64,000 bases of DNA from a bacterium (GTDB lineage: Bacteria; RBG-13-61-14; DATKZS01). The notes below the pieces were generated by a model. That model saw nothing but the letters and a program-made list of their open reading frames with translations. It was not told the origin of the DNA and did no database searches. Position numbers and translations under genes: made by a program. Location: positions 345,034 through 409,033 of the forward strand of contig CAXXFL010000007.1 in the NCBI GenBank assembly GCA_963674965.2. Direction: 5' to 3'. Numbering within the stretch: the first letter of the stretch is position 1; each line of letters starts with the position of its first letter. Below, one piece after another: positions 1 to 8,588 of the stretch.

Positions 1-487
1 TGTAGGTCTTGGGGTCATAGGAGACGTAGTCCTTTTCCGAAAGCGGCGGGGGGGTCTCGCATAGGGCCACCAGGAAATATCCCTCGGCCCCGGACTCGGG
101 GTCCTTGACGGAGACGACCGCGTTCTTTGGGCACCCCTCCGGCGCCGCGGGCCTGACCGAGCCGGCGTCGGCGGCCATCATGACCAGTTCGTCGCTCGGG
201 TCGAAATTCCCGTCAAGCTTGTCATGGTCGGCCCCGTTCTCGATGAGGATGACGCCGTTTGCATCCCTCTCCTCGATCTGGAAAGGGACCGCCAGGGTCC
301 CGGCTCCGTAGTCGGCGAAGGCCCGATAGGAACCCTTTTTCTCGCCCAACAAGTCCCCGGGCAGTACCGACCCGCTTACGACGACCGGGTCCTCCCGGCC
401 GGCCAGCGGCCTGGAACCGTCTTCCGTAGAGGCCAATAGCGGCGCAAATAATAAAACCAAAGCGGCAATAAGGAAATATTTTTTCAT
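1..487 (-). CDS. Secreted protein of unknown function, N-terminal part (gene runs off the left edge); paralog of 5764..7095
   Basis: Not in the ORF track because no stop lies in the window. ATG at 487..485 reads MKKYFLIAALVLLFAPLLAS... (signal-peptide-like) and stays open to the edge. By-eye alignment to the 5764..7095 product: PFQIEE/PFQVDE, DELVMMA/DELVIMA, VSVKDPESGAEGY/VVVKDPVDGGEGF. Confidence 0.7.
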   Translation of the reverse strand, partial: MKKYFLIAALVLLFAPLLASTEDGSRPLAGREDPVVVSGSVLPGDLLGEKKGSYRAFADYGAGTLAVPFQIEERDANGVILIENGADHDKLDGNFDPSDELVMMAADAGSVRPAAPEGCPKNAVVSVKDPESGAEGYFLVALCETPPPLSEKDYVSYDPKTY

Positions 488-509
488 GACGTTTACTCCG
501 CCTGATTCA

Positions 510-1340
510 TCATGTCCGTCCCGTTTCTTCCAGGGTCAGCGCCGCGACGTCCTTATAAAATATCCCGCCGGGCCTGAGCAGCGCGAGGTAAGCCAGGACC
601 GCGAAGAGGGGAACTCCCCACCACCATCCCAGCCAGTGGACCAGGAGGCTGGCGACGATGGCCGCGCCCAGGACCTCGATGAATATCATCTTGCACAGAT
701 GCTTGATCAGCCCGCCAAGGGTCGCGCTGGCCGCCTTCTCCCGGTCCACGTCGGCCAGCTCGTATCCCCTCTTGACCCAGTCCGCCAGCCAGAAGAAAAG
801 CAAGGGCAGCATGACCAGGCCCATGGCGTAGAGGGTCCAGGCCACGGGGCTCAAGAAGACCCACCTTAATACCTCGTAAGTACCGGGCGTCCAGGGAGTG
901 CATTCCCGTCCGCCGCCCCACCAAGAGCACGAGTAGAAAAAGCGCTGGTAGCCCATGCCGTCCCAGCCGTGGACCAATATAAAGAACATCAGGAAATAAC
1001 CCAGGGCCCACATGAGATGGGCGGCGTAGAGCTTTCCGGCCCGGATGAACCTGTAGGCAATCCAGAACCCCAGAATCCCTTGCGTCAAGTTGGTCAGGGT
1101 AAAGGCCCCGACCAACCAGGCTGGAATCGTTTTATACGTACCCGCCTGCATGGTCTCCCATTCAGGAAATCCCCATAGAAGTATCGCGCCGGAGGGCACG
1201 AAAAAGATGGAAAGGTACAAAAGGGTCTTGACGAAAAACGGGCTCTCGAAAGGCTTGTCCTCCTTCTCCAACTGGCGGGCCGCCGAGGCCGCGAAACCGG
1301 CGCCCAGCGCGAAACTCCAAAAAACGTCTACCTGTACCAT
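510..1340 (-). CDS. Polytopic integral membrane protein, unknown function
   Basis: The track ORF is 510..1403. The internal ATG at 1340 (MVQVDVFWSF...) follows GGGAGGG. Multiple hydrophobic Trp/Phe-rich segments; no family recognised. Confidence 0.65.
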   Translation of the reverse strand: MVQVDVFWSFALGAGFAASAARQLEKEDKPFESPFFVKTLLYLSIFFVPSGAILLWGFPEWETMQAGTYKTIPAWLVGAFTLTNLTQGILGFWIAYRFIRAGKLYAAHLMWALGYFLMFFILVHGWDGMGYQRFFYSCSWWGGGRECTPWTPGTYEVLRWVFLSPVAWTLYAMGLVMLPLLFFWLADWVKRGYELADVDREKAASATLGGLIKHLCKMIFIEVLGAAIVASLLVHWLGWWWGVPLFAVLAYLALLRPGGIFYKDVAALTLEETGRT

Positions 1341-1381
1341 GGTTCCCTCCCTTTTCCTGATCTGACAATAGGGGGAACGGG

Positions 1382-2515
1382 CTACCAGCCCGCCCCAATC
1401 CAATCCCGCGCGTGTCCGCCCAGGAGAACCTGAAGCGTCTTGGCGTCGCGCAGTCTTCTCTCGAGACCGTAGTCCTTCATGTACCCATAGCCGCCCAGCG
1501 CCTGGATGGCGTCAAGGCACACGCTCTCGCCGACTCCCGCGATGAATAGAAACGCCCGCCTGGTCCTGGCCTCTCCCGCGACCGGGTCCTCGACCGCCGC
1601 CGCGGTGAAAAGCATGTCCCGGGCCGCCTCGACGCGGACGTCCATGTCCTCGATAACTCGAGCCACGTCCTGATGCAGGATGATGGGACGTCCCGTCTGC
1701 TCGCGCTCGGAGGAGTATTGGCGGGCGTAACTCGCCGCGGCCGCCGCGTTGCCCACCACGATGGCCGCGAAGTTCGCGTATAGCTCGCGCTTTATCTCGA
1801 GAAGCGAGGCGCGGGCTTTTTCCGCCTCGGCTATGATATCCTCCGCGCCCGCGGCTTTCTCAGATATCTTCAGCCCGGCCATGGGCGTCTCCAGGAGTCC
1901 CGTACCCGGATAGGCCGGCTCGATATAGTCCAATAGGCCGCGTGCCTCGAGGCACAGGATCACCGGTTTTCGGTCTTCCCCGTAAGCCGGCGCCATCACC
2001 TTGGAGAGGACCCCGGGATGGACGGGACAAATGAAGCGACCCTTCAGGCGATATCCCGAATCTCTTTCCTCAAGCTCGGGCGTCACGGGGTCCCCATCGT
2101 CAACCACCTGGAGGGGAGAGGCCACCCCGCAAAGAGGCGGTTTTTCATCAGCGGACTTTGCCGCCGCCTCCGTGAGCCAGGAAAGAACGGCCTTATCGTC
2201 CGCGGCCCCAGCCAGCGCGCAAAGCCCGGCCCAGTGGACGCCAATGACCGCCGCGACCCCCGCCATGCCCATGCCCAGCCTCTCCAGGACCACGGCGCGG
2301 CCCAGGCGGCCAAGACCCGCTCCGCCCATTTCCTCGGGAAGCGGCGCCGCCGAAACTCCGGCTTGTCCGGCCCGCTCGATGATCTTCCAGTCGAAGTCCA
2401 AAGGCCCCGTCCGCTCGTGCATGGCCTCGCCGTCGATATGCTCGAGGGTGAAGTCGGCGAACTTTCGAGCCGTCTCGGCGAACATGGCCCTGTCTTCATT
2501 TTCGTACCACTCCAC
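1382..2515 (-). CDS. Acyl-CoA dehydrogenase family protein, small subunit-like, lacking the catalytic Glu
   Basis: ACAD-like C-terminus (LGGYGYMKDYGLERRLRDAKT), but the position of the usual YEGT motif reads VLLGG. GTG start lies 4 nt after the upstream stop, and the RBS GAGGAGGTGA overlaps the upstream gene's end. Confidence 0.8.
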   Translation of the reverse strand: MEWYENEDRAMFAETARKFADFTLEHIDGEAMHERTGPLDFDWKIIERAGQAGVSAAPLPEEMGGAGLGRLGRAVVLERLGMGMAGVAAVIGVHWAGLCALAGAADDKAVLSWLTEAAAKSADEKPPLCGVASPLQVVDDGDPVTPELEERDSGYRLKGRFICPVHPGVLSKVMAPAYGEDRKPVILCLEARGLLDYIEPAYPGTGLLETPMAGLKISEKAAGAEDIIAEAEKARASLLEIKRELYANFAAIVVGNAAAAASYARQYSSEREQTGRPIILHQDVARVIEDMDVRVEAARDMLFTAAAVEDPVAGEARTRRAFLFIAGVGESVCLDAIQALGGYGYMKDYGLERRLRDAKTLQVLLGGHARDWIGAGW

Positions 2516-2519
2516 GTCG

Positions 2520-4028
2520 TCACCTCCTCATGGTCCTGGCCATGTCCTTGAAGTGGGTAATGTCGTTGGCCTGGTTGGTCCCCTCATAGATCATGGTAAG
2601 CTTGGCGTCGCGATAGGCCTTTTCCACCGGCCACCGGGGGTCATAGGCGTCGGGGCCCATTACGCGGGCCACCTCGCCGCTCACCCGGACGCCGATCTCC
2701 GAACCCATCCGCTTGGCCGCCGTGGCCAGGCGGCTGATGTAGGCCAGGCGGTCGTCGGGAACGGTCCGGTCCAAAAGCCAGTCGCAGGCCCCCCGCCAGA
2801 GGCGGGATGAGAATATCCTTTTGGCCCCCTCGTTAAGGAGCAGGCCGTTTGGAGTCAATTTAAGCGCGGCTTTTTGCAGGGGACCTCCGATGATCTCGTG
2901 GAATATCTCGTCGCAGGCCAGGCAGGAAGCGACGTAAAGGCCGCGCGCCGCCGCTATGTCCCCGGACATGCGGGCAATGGTTATCTGGATCGCCTGCTGG
3001 TCGATCATCCTCCCGCCCCTCGACTTCTTTTGCTTGCTCCAGTCGATGAGGCACTCGAGGGAGCGGCGAGCGCACCCGACGCCTATGGCGCCCACCGGCC
3101 CGCGCGAGCCGGCCAGGTAAATGGAAACGTAGCGGGCGCCCTTGCCCTCTTCTCCTATCTGGCGCTCGTGGGGAACGAAAACGTCCTCCATGATCAACTC
3201 GGCCGCGGGGCTGGCCTTCTGGCCCATCTTGCGCTCGACCCGGCCCACGGAAAACCCCTCGGATTCCGAGTCGACCAGGAAAATAGTCCACGATTCCGCG
3301 GGCGACCTGGGGTCCGTTGCCGCCGCCGTCACGATCCACCGGGCCACGCTTCCATTGCTGATGAAGACCTTGCGGCCGTTTAAGCGATAGCCGCCCGGGA
3401 CCTTTTTGGCGAAGGTCACGATCTTGCCCTTCTTCAGAAAATCCTCGTCCCATATATCGGTCCCGGCGAAAGGCTCGGTGACCGCCCCGGCCCACAGCAC
3501 CGGCTCGCCTCGCTTCTCGGCCAGGGCCACGGGACGGATGTATTTCTCGAGTAGATAGGCGTCGATCGAAATCAGCCCACAGGAGATGCCCGCCGAGTGG
3601 ACCCCGATGGTGCTGGCCAGGCCCGCGCAGCCCACGGCCAACTCCTCGGCCATGGCCGCCATGTGCAGGACCCCCATGCCCAATCCGTCGAAGGCCTCGG
3701 GAATGATCATCGAAAAGAACCGCTCCTTACAGGCCTCCTCCATCACGTCCCAGGAGAAATAACCATGGTCCCGGGAAACCAGCTTCTCGATCTCGATTGC
3801 CCGGGGCCGGATCACCCGGTCGGAGAACGCCCGCGCCCTCTCGCGTATCCGGGTCAGGTTTCTAAAGTACGAGGAGGGGTATCTTCTGGCCAGGCGAAAA
3901 AGCCCGTCCACCTCGCCCCAGGAAAAGGGGAAGTCCGAGTAGATGGCGTCGGTCTCTTCCGCCGGGGTGATCGAGGAAAACAAGGTGGTCGGCCCGATCT
4001 CCCTAGCGTCAGCGTTTGGAGAGTTCAT
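2520..4028 (-). CDS. Acyl-CoA dehydrogenase family protein, large subunit-like
   Basis: ACAD architecture with the C-terminal RDAKLTMIYEGTNQAN motif (catalytic Glu present). The track starts at TTG 4031; ATG at 4028 follows AAGGAG with a 7-nt spacer. Confidence 0.85.
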   Translation of the reverse strand: MNSPNADAREIGPTTLFSSITPAEETDAIYSDFPFSWGEVDGLFRLARRYPSSYFRNLTRIRERARAFSDRVIRPRAIEIEKLVSRDHGYFSWDVMEEACKERFFSMIIPEAFDGLGMGVLHMAAMAEELAVGCAGLASTIGVHSAGISCGLISIDAYLLEKYIRPVALAEKRGEPVLWAGAVTEPFAGTDIWDEDFLKKGKIVTFAKKVPGGYRLNGRKVFISNGSVARWIVTAAATDPRSPAESWTIFLVDSESEGFSVGRVERKMGQKASPAAELIMEDVFVPHERQIGEEGKGARYVSIYLAGSRGPVGAIGVGCARRSLECLIDWSKQKKSRGGRMIDQQAIQITIARMSGDIAAARGLYVASCLACDEIFHEIIGGPLQKAALKLTPNGLLLNEGAKRIFSSRLWRGACDWLLDRTVPDDRLAYISRLATAAKRMGSEIGVRVSGEVARVMGPDAYDPRWPVEKAYRDAKLTMIYEGTNQANDITHFKDMARTMRR

Positions 4029-4097
4029 CAATAGTCTCCTTGGTCGATGGCTTGAGGCGCCGGCCCCGAGCGGGATTCCCCGCCCAGGGCCAACCGG

Positions 4098-5564
4098 TTA
4101 AATCTCGAAGTCCCTTTCCAACTCCCTTTCCCGCTCCATCAGGCGATTATGCAGCTCATTGCGCCTGGCGGCGTAGCCGGCGTCGTTGGCCAGGTTGGTC
4201 ATCTCCAGCGGGTCGTCCTTCAAGTTGTAAAGCTCGTAATCGGCCGAGTCGTCGCTTGGCTTGAAATAGTACGAATACTTCCACTCATGGTCCCGAACGC
4301 ACCGGATGTGGGCCGGGTTCTCGAAGTTCCCCGGCTCCCCGGGCTTTTTGCCGATGGTGAACTGCACTTCCCAGTCCTGGTGGAAGACGACGTGGTCCTG
4401 GACCGCCCCCCCCTCCGGGTCCATGAGCACGGGCGAGAGGTCCTTGCCCGGCATGTAGTGACTCACCCCGGTAATTCCCGTCATGGAAACCAGCGTGGGC
4501 ATGACGTCCACGTTGGAGGCGAGGGCGTCCGTGGTCACCCCCTCCGGTATGCGGGTGGGGGCGGAGATTATCAGGGGCACGTTAATCTCCTCCTCATAGG
4601 CGAAGCAGCCCTTGGTCCGGAGCCGGTGCGATCCCGCCATCTCGCCGTGGTCCGCCGTAAACACAACGACCGTATTGTCCCGCTGACCCGACTTGTCCAG
4701 GGCGTCGAGCACGCGGCCGATGTTGGCGTCGGCGTCCTCCACGCAGAACATGTAGTAATCCAGGTAACGGCGCCAGGCGTCGCCGCTCGAGTAATCCATG
4801 GGGCCGCCCACGGAGTTGTAGATTTTCTGGTATTCCCTCTGGCAGCCGGGCTTTCCCGAAAGGTCGTCGGTCCAGTTGGGGGGCGGCGCGTCGGTCTTTA
4901 TCTCGCGGAGCTTCCGCTGCGGATAATAACGGGGAAAGGCGCAAATGTCGTGGGGATTGACCAGGGAACAGACCATGAACCAGGGTTCTTTCCGGTTGTC
5001 CGGGTCCAGAATCCAACTCGTGGCCTGCCTCGTGTATGACGGGTCCTGCAGCGCCCCGCAATAGGGGGGACCGCCGAACATGGCGTCAGGGGCCTTCCAG
5101 CCGGTGAATCCATAATTTGAAAGGGGGTCCTTACGGTCGCGGTCGGACCTTCTGGTCAGGTGCCATTTGCCCCGGTAGGGCGTCCGATAACCGGCCTTGC
5201 CGAAGACGTGTCCGAAGGTCGGGATTCTCGGATCGAGGCTGGGCTGGAGGTCTCCCTCCACGAAGTCGCAGTTGGTGTACATCTGGTTTTGAGTGGTGTA
5301 GGTCCCGGTCACCAGGCAGGCCCGGGAAGGAGAACAGGGAGAGGCGCTCACGAAATGGTTGTTGAAAGTCACGCCCCGCGAGGACAGGAGGTCGATGTTT
5401 GGCGTCGAGAGCAGCGGGGTCCACTTCGGGTTCCTCCACTGATCGACCAATATGACCAGGACATTCGGCCGGTCCCCCTCCGCCGAGGCCGAGCCCGGCG
5501 CCAGCCCAAGACCCAGACCCGTCGCCGCCAGGGCGGATCCCTTGATAAATTCTCTTCTCTTCAT
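4098..5564 (-). CDS. Tat-exported Cys-type sulfatase (arylsulfatase family)
   Basis: Twin-arginine leader MKRREFIKGSALAATGLG...ASA. Formylglycine signature SPCSPSRACLVTGTY (C-x-P-S-R). Sulfatase core motifs (VILVDQWR, FTADHGEMAG). RBS GGGAGG. Confidence 0.9.
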   Translation of the reverse strand: MKRREFIKGSALAATGLGLGLAPGSASAEGDRPNVLVILVDQWRNPKWTPLLSTPNIDLLSSRGVTFNNHFVSASPCSPSRACLVTGTYTTQNQMYTNCDFVEGDLQPSLDPRIPTFGHVFGKAGYRTPYRGKWHLTRRSDRDRKDPLSNYGFTGWKAPDAMFGGPPYCGALQDPSYTRQATSWILDPDNRKEPWFMVCSLVNPHDICAFPRYYPQRKLREIKTDAPPPNWTDDLSGKPGCQREYQKIYNSVGGPMDYSSGDAWRRYLDYYMFCVEDADANIGRVLDALDKSGQRDNTVVVFTADHGEMAGSHRLRTKGCFAYEEEINVPLIISAPTRIPEGVTTDALASNVDVMPTLVSMTGITGVSHYMPGKDLSPVLMDPEGGAVQDHVVFHQDWEVQFTIGKKPGEPGNFENPAHIRCVRDHEWKYSYYFKPSDDSADYELYNLKDDPLEMTNLANDAGYAARRNELHNRLMERERELERDFEI

Positions 5565-5674
5565 GATATGCCTCCCATTCGGTTCGTCTCCGGTCCGGGC
5601 CGCCCCACCGCTATCGGCGCCAAACCCGGGGAGAAATTTTCCTTCGCTTTAATTAACTAAATAGTTAGTTAGCA

Positions 5675-5703
5675 ATCCTAGCGCCGGGAATCGACTTTGT
5701 CAA
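5675..5703 (-). promoter_or_regulatory. Sigma-70-like promoter for the sulfatase gene (TTGACA-N17-TAGGAT)
   Basis: Minus strand reads TTGACAaagtcgattcccggcgcTAGGAT about 110 nt upstream of the ATG. An AACTAA-N4-TTAGTT inverted repeat lies just downstream of the -10. Confidence 0.45.
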
Positions 5704-5763
5704 GAAAAAAATTTCCCAAGTAAGCGAAAAATGAAATGGCTGATAATTTCGAGATTTTATCGG

Positions 5764-7095
5764 CTAGTTAATTTCTCGGGCAAAAACCTCGAGGGGATGG
5801 TCAAGTATCCTCATAAAGACCTCCGCCATGGCCGGCTCGAAAACGGGAGAGCTGTACATGACGGACTCCAGGTGGTAGGTACCCTTCGATAGATTGGTGA
5901 TGCCCTCGATCATGTAGCCGCCGTTACCAAAGGAGCCGGGCTCGAGATCGGGCGGGTCCATGTGGTTCTCGTCGTCAATATAAAATACCTTGGGCTTCCA
6001 GTCGGGATTGTCGCTCTCCACGATAAGTCGGTTGAACCAGGCCCCATGGTCCTTCCCGTCCGGCCCCACCGTTCCCGTCGAGGACCAGTTGAAAGGACGC
6101 TCGTCGGCGGCCATCTTTTTCTCGAGGTCGCTCATTTTCCCGTCCTGGATCACGCCCTCGGGATACAATGAGTTACGGTAGCGGCGCTCGCCCGCCAAGC
6201 GGGGACTGTCCACGCTCACCCGGAAGGTGGGATCCTTGACCACGAACCCCACGTCGATGGGGAGGTATACCTCGGTGGGAAAGCTGAAGGAATTATAGTA
6301 GTAGATATTGTCTAACCTGGCGGAAGGACTGGGAATATTCCACAAAAGGATCAGGCGTGACCTGGTGCGACGAATCACCCTGACCGGACCGTCAATCCAG
6401 GCCACTATCTGGTCGTCAAAGTCCTCCTCCGTCTTGTCGACCGATATCCCCGCCACCTCCGCGTGCAAACGGGCCTTGAGCCGGTCGCAATAATCCACCC
6501 CATCGCCTCCGCCGGCCTCAGTAACCACCAGGTAGTCCATGGCCATGGGGGCCTCCGCCGAGAAACCAAGCTCGTAAGTAAGGGTCTTGATCCGGTTCTT
6601 TTCCGGGTCGATGGTCGCGTAGTCCACTTCCGACCTCGCCGGCGCGTCCTTTTCGAAATAGTACAAATAGGCGAACCCCTCGCCTCCGTCCACCGGGTCT
6701 TTGACTACAATAATCGACTTCTTTACCGCGCCGGGAAGATTCGCGCCTTCATCCGTCTCGTCGCCCAGGTCCCTGGCCATGATTACCAACTCGTCCAGGC
6801 CGTTAAACAGGCCGTCGCCGTCCTCGGGGTTTTTCTCCTTTCCGTTAGGGAAGACGAAGTCGCCCTTGCGCGTCTTCTCGTCCACCTGGAAGGGTATGGG
6901 TTGAAGACTTCCATCTCGAGCGGCGTATACCCTGATCCCCGGGATCGCGACCCCGTCAAACGTCTTTGCCTCGCCGGGCGTGAGAATAACCGCGTCGCTT
7001 TCGCGGACAAGGGTCCTTGACTTACCCGCCGGAAGCGCTGATGGGATTGATAGAATGACAAGGAGAAATAAAAGGATCGGTCGTTTCATGTCCAT
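5764..7095 (-). CDS. Secreted protein of unknown function (paralog of 1..487)
   Basis: Signal peptide MDMKRPILLFLLVILSIPSALPA. RBS AAGGAGG. No family recognised. N-terminal about 170 aa aligns with the edge gene. Confidence 0.8.
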   Translation of the reverse strand: MDMKRPILLFLLVILSIPSALPAGKSRTLVRESDAVILTPGEAKTFDGVAIPGIRVYAARDGSLQPIPFQVDEKTRKGDFVFPNGKEKNPEDGDGLFNGLDELVIMARDLGDETDEGANLPGAVKKSIIVVKDPVDGGEGFAYLYYFEKDAPARSEVDYATIDPEKNRIKTLTYELGFSAEAPMAMDYLVVTEAGGGDGVDYCDRLKARLHAEVAGISVDKTEEDFDDQIVAWIDGPVRVIRRTRSRLILLWNIPSPSARLDNIYYYNSFSFPTEVYLPIDVGFVVKDPTFRVSVDSPRLAGERRYRNSLYPEGVIQDGKMSDLEKKMAADERPFNWSSTGTVGPDGKDHGAWFNRLIVESDNPDWKPKVFYIDDENHMDPPDLEPGSFGNGGYMIEGITNLSKGTYHLESVMYSSPVFEPAMAEVFMRILDHPLEVFAREIN

Positions 7096-7128
7096 GCTCT
7101 CCTCCTTGAATCCGGCCCGACGCGAAGT

Positions 7129-8346
7129 TCACGTCCAGTAGTGCTCGACCTTGGGCGTCTTGCCCCGGTAGCATTTAAGCCCCTTTACCTGGATGTGGGC
7201 GAGGCAGATGTTGCAGTTGACGCACTTCGAGGGCGACAGGTCTCCCGCCTCCACCCGGCTCGGGAAATTGGGCTCGGCGATGAGGGGTCTTCCCAGGCTG
7301 ATCATGTCGGCCCATCCCTCGCTTACGAACTCCTCCATTTTGGCCGGGTCGCGAAGTCCTCCCACCGATATGACCGGAACGCCGACTTTTTTCTTCACTT
7401 CCCTGGAGTACTCGATGTTGTAGTTCTCGCGGAAGGGGAAGAGCCGCATGGCGATGGGGTCGGTCAGGCCCAGGAGCCACTTGAGCGGGGCCGGCAAAGT
7501 GGCAAGCTCCTTGGCCGTGCGCATGACCAGCTTGAGGGGCAGCGGGCCCCGGATCAGGGTCATGCCCGCCTCGTAGCAGCCGCAGCTTACCTCGAGGGCG
7601 TCGAACCCCAGGCCGCCAAGCATCTCCGCCGTGCGCAGGGCCTCGTTGAAGCGGACCCCTATGGGGATCGGAAAGCAGTCCGTGGCGTTTATCTTGATAA
7701 TGAGAGGATAATCGTCGCCAACTTCCCGCCGGGCCGCGGCGTAAAGTTCCTGGACGAAGCGCCAGCGGTTCTCGAGCTTTCCCCCGTACTCGTCCTTCCT
7801 GCGGTTCAAGGTGGGAGAGAGGAACTGGTTAACCATGTAGCCGTGGGCGCCGTGAATCTCGACGCCGTCGTAACCGGCTTCCCTGGCGCGGGCGCAGGCG
7901 CGGGCCCAGCTCGCGATGGTTTTTTCTATGTCCTCCCCGGTCATCTCGCGAGGGATATGGAGGAATATCGTGTGAGGAACCCGGGAAGGACCGCGAGGCT
8001 TGATCCCGCCGTTATAGTCCTCCTTGGCCTCCCGGCCGCAGTCGTTGATTTGAGCGAAGACCTTGCAGTCGCTCTCATGCACGGCGTCGGTCAACTCCTT
8101 GTGACCTTTGATCTGGAAGTCCTCGTCAATTCCCAGTTGGAGGGGCCAGTTATGCCCGTCCCAGCTATGGAACATGTTGCCCACCAGGGCCATGCCCACG
8201 CCGCCCTTGCCCAGGCGCCGGAAGAACTCGACCGCCTGGGGCGTGACTTCGCCTTTGGGCCCGGCCATGCTCTCGTGGGTGGCGGCCTTGACCAGCCTGT
8301 TTTTTATCTCGAGGTTCCCGATCTTAATCGGTTCGAACAGTTTCAT
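7129..8346 (-). CDS. NADH:flavin oxidoreductase (Old Yellow Enzyme / 2,4-dienoyl-CoA reductase N-domain family) with a C-terminal Cys cluster
   Basis: MKLFEPIKIGNLEIKNRLVKAATHE... and GYDGVEIHGAHGYMVNQFLSP are OYE hallmarks. C-terminal CVNCNICLAHIQVKGLKC resembles the FadH-type 4Fe-4S motif. No FAD/NAD C-domain is present. RBS AAGGAG. Confidence 0.85.
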   Translation of the reverse strand: MKLFEPIKIGNLEIKNRLVKAATHESMAGPKGEVTPQAVEFFRRLGKGGVGMALVGNMFHSWDGHNWPLQLGIDEDFQIKGHKELTDAVHESDCKVFAQINDCGREAKEDYNGGIKPRGPSRVPHTIFLHIPREMTGEDIEKTIASWARACARAREAGYDGVEIHGAHGYMVNQFLSPTLNRRKDEYGGKLENRWRFVQELYAAARREVGDDYPLIIKINATDCFPIPIGVRFNEALRTAEMLGGLGFDALEVSCGCYEAGMTLIRGPLPLKLVMRTAKELATLPAPLKWLLGLTDPIAMRLFPFRENYNIEYSREVKKKVGVPVISVGGLRDPAKMEEFVSEGWADMISLGRPLIAEPNFPSRVEAGDLSPSKCVNCNICLAHIQVKGLKCYRGKTPKVEHYWT

Positions 8347-8384
8347 GCCATCTCCTTTTTCGTGGACCCTTGTCGCGAAATTAT

Positions 8385-8398
8385 ATAACGATCGTTAT
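8385..8398. promoter_or_regulatory. Perfect 14-bp palindrome ATAACGATCGTTAT, putative operator
   Basis: Read directly. Lies about 39 bp upstream of the OYE ATG in the divergent region shared with the TonB-receptor gene. Confidence 0.4.
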
Positions 8399-8538
8399 TA
8401 AAGGGCAAGAAGTAATTGGAACATGAAAACAAACGGCGCCGGCTCCTTCCAGCCGCGCGGGCTTTCCCAGTTGAAGATAGTATCGCTCCGGGCGTTTTTG
8501 GCCCCTCAAAAATTTCTCCAATTTTTTCGATGCATCGG

Positions 8539-8567
8539 TTGACCGCTTTATCGGTCTCGGTTAGATT
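8539..8567 (+). promoter_or_regulatory. Sigma-70-like promoter (TTGACC-N17-TAGATT) for the TonB-dependent receptor
   Basis: ggTTGACCgctttatcggtctcggtTAGATTgaaagtgggaAGGAGaaagaaATG. Confidence 0.5.
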
Positions 8568-8588
8568 GAAAGTGGGAAGGAGAAAGAA

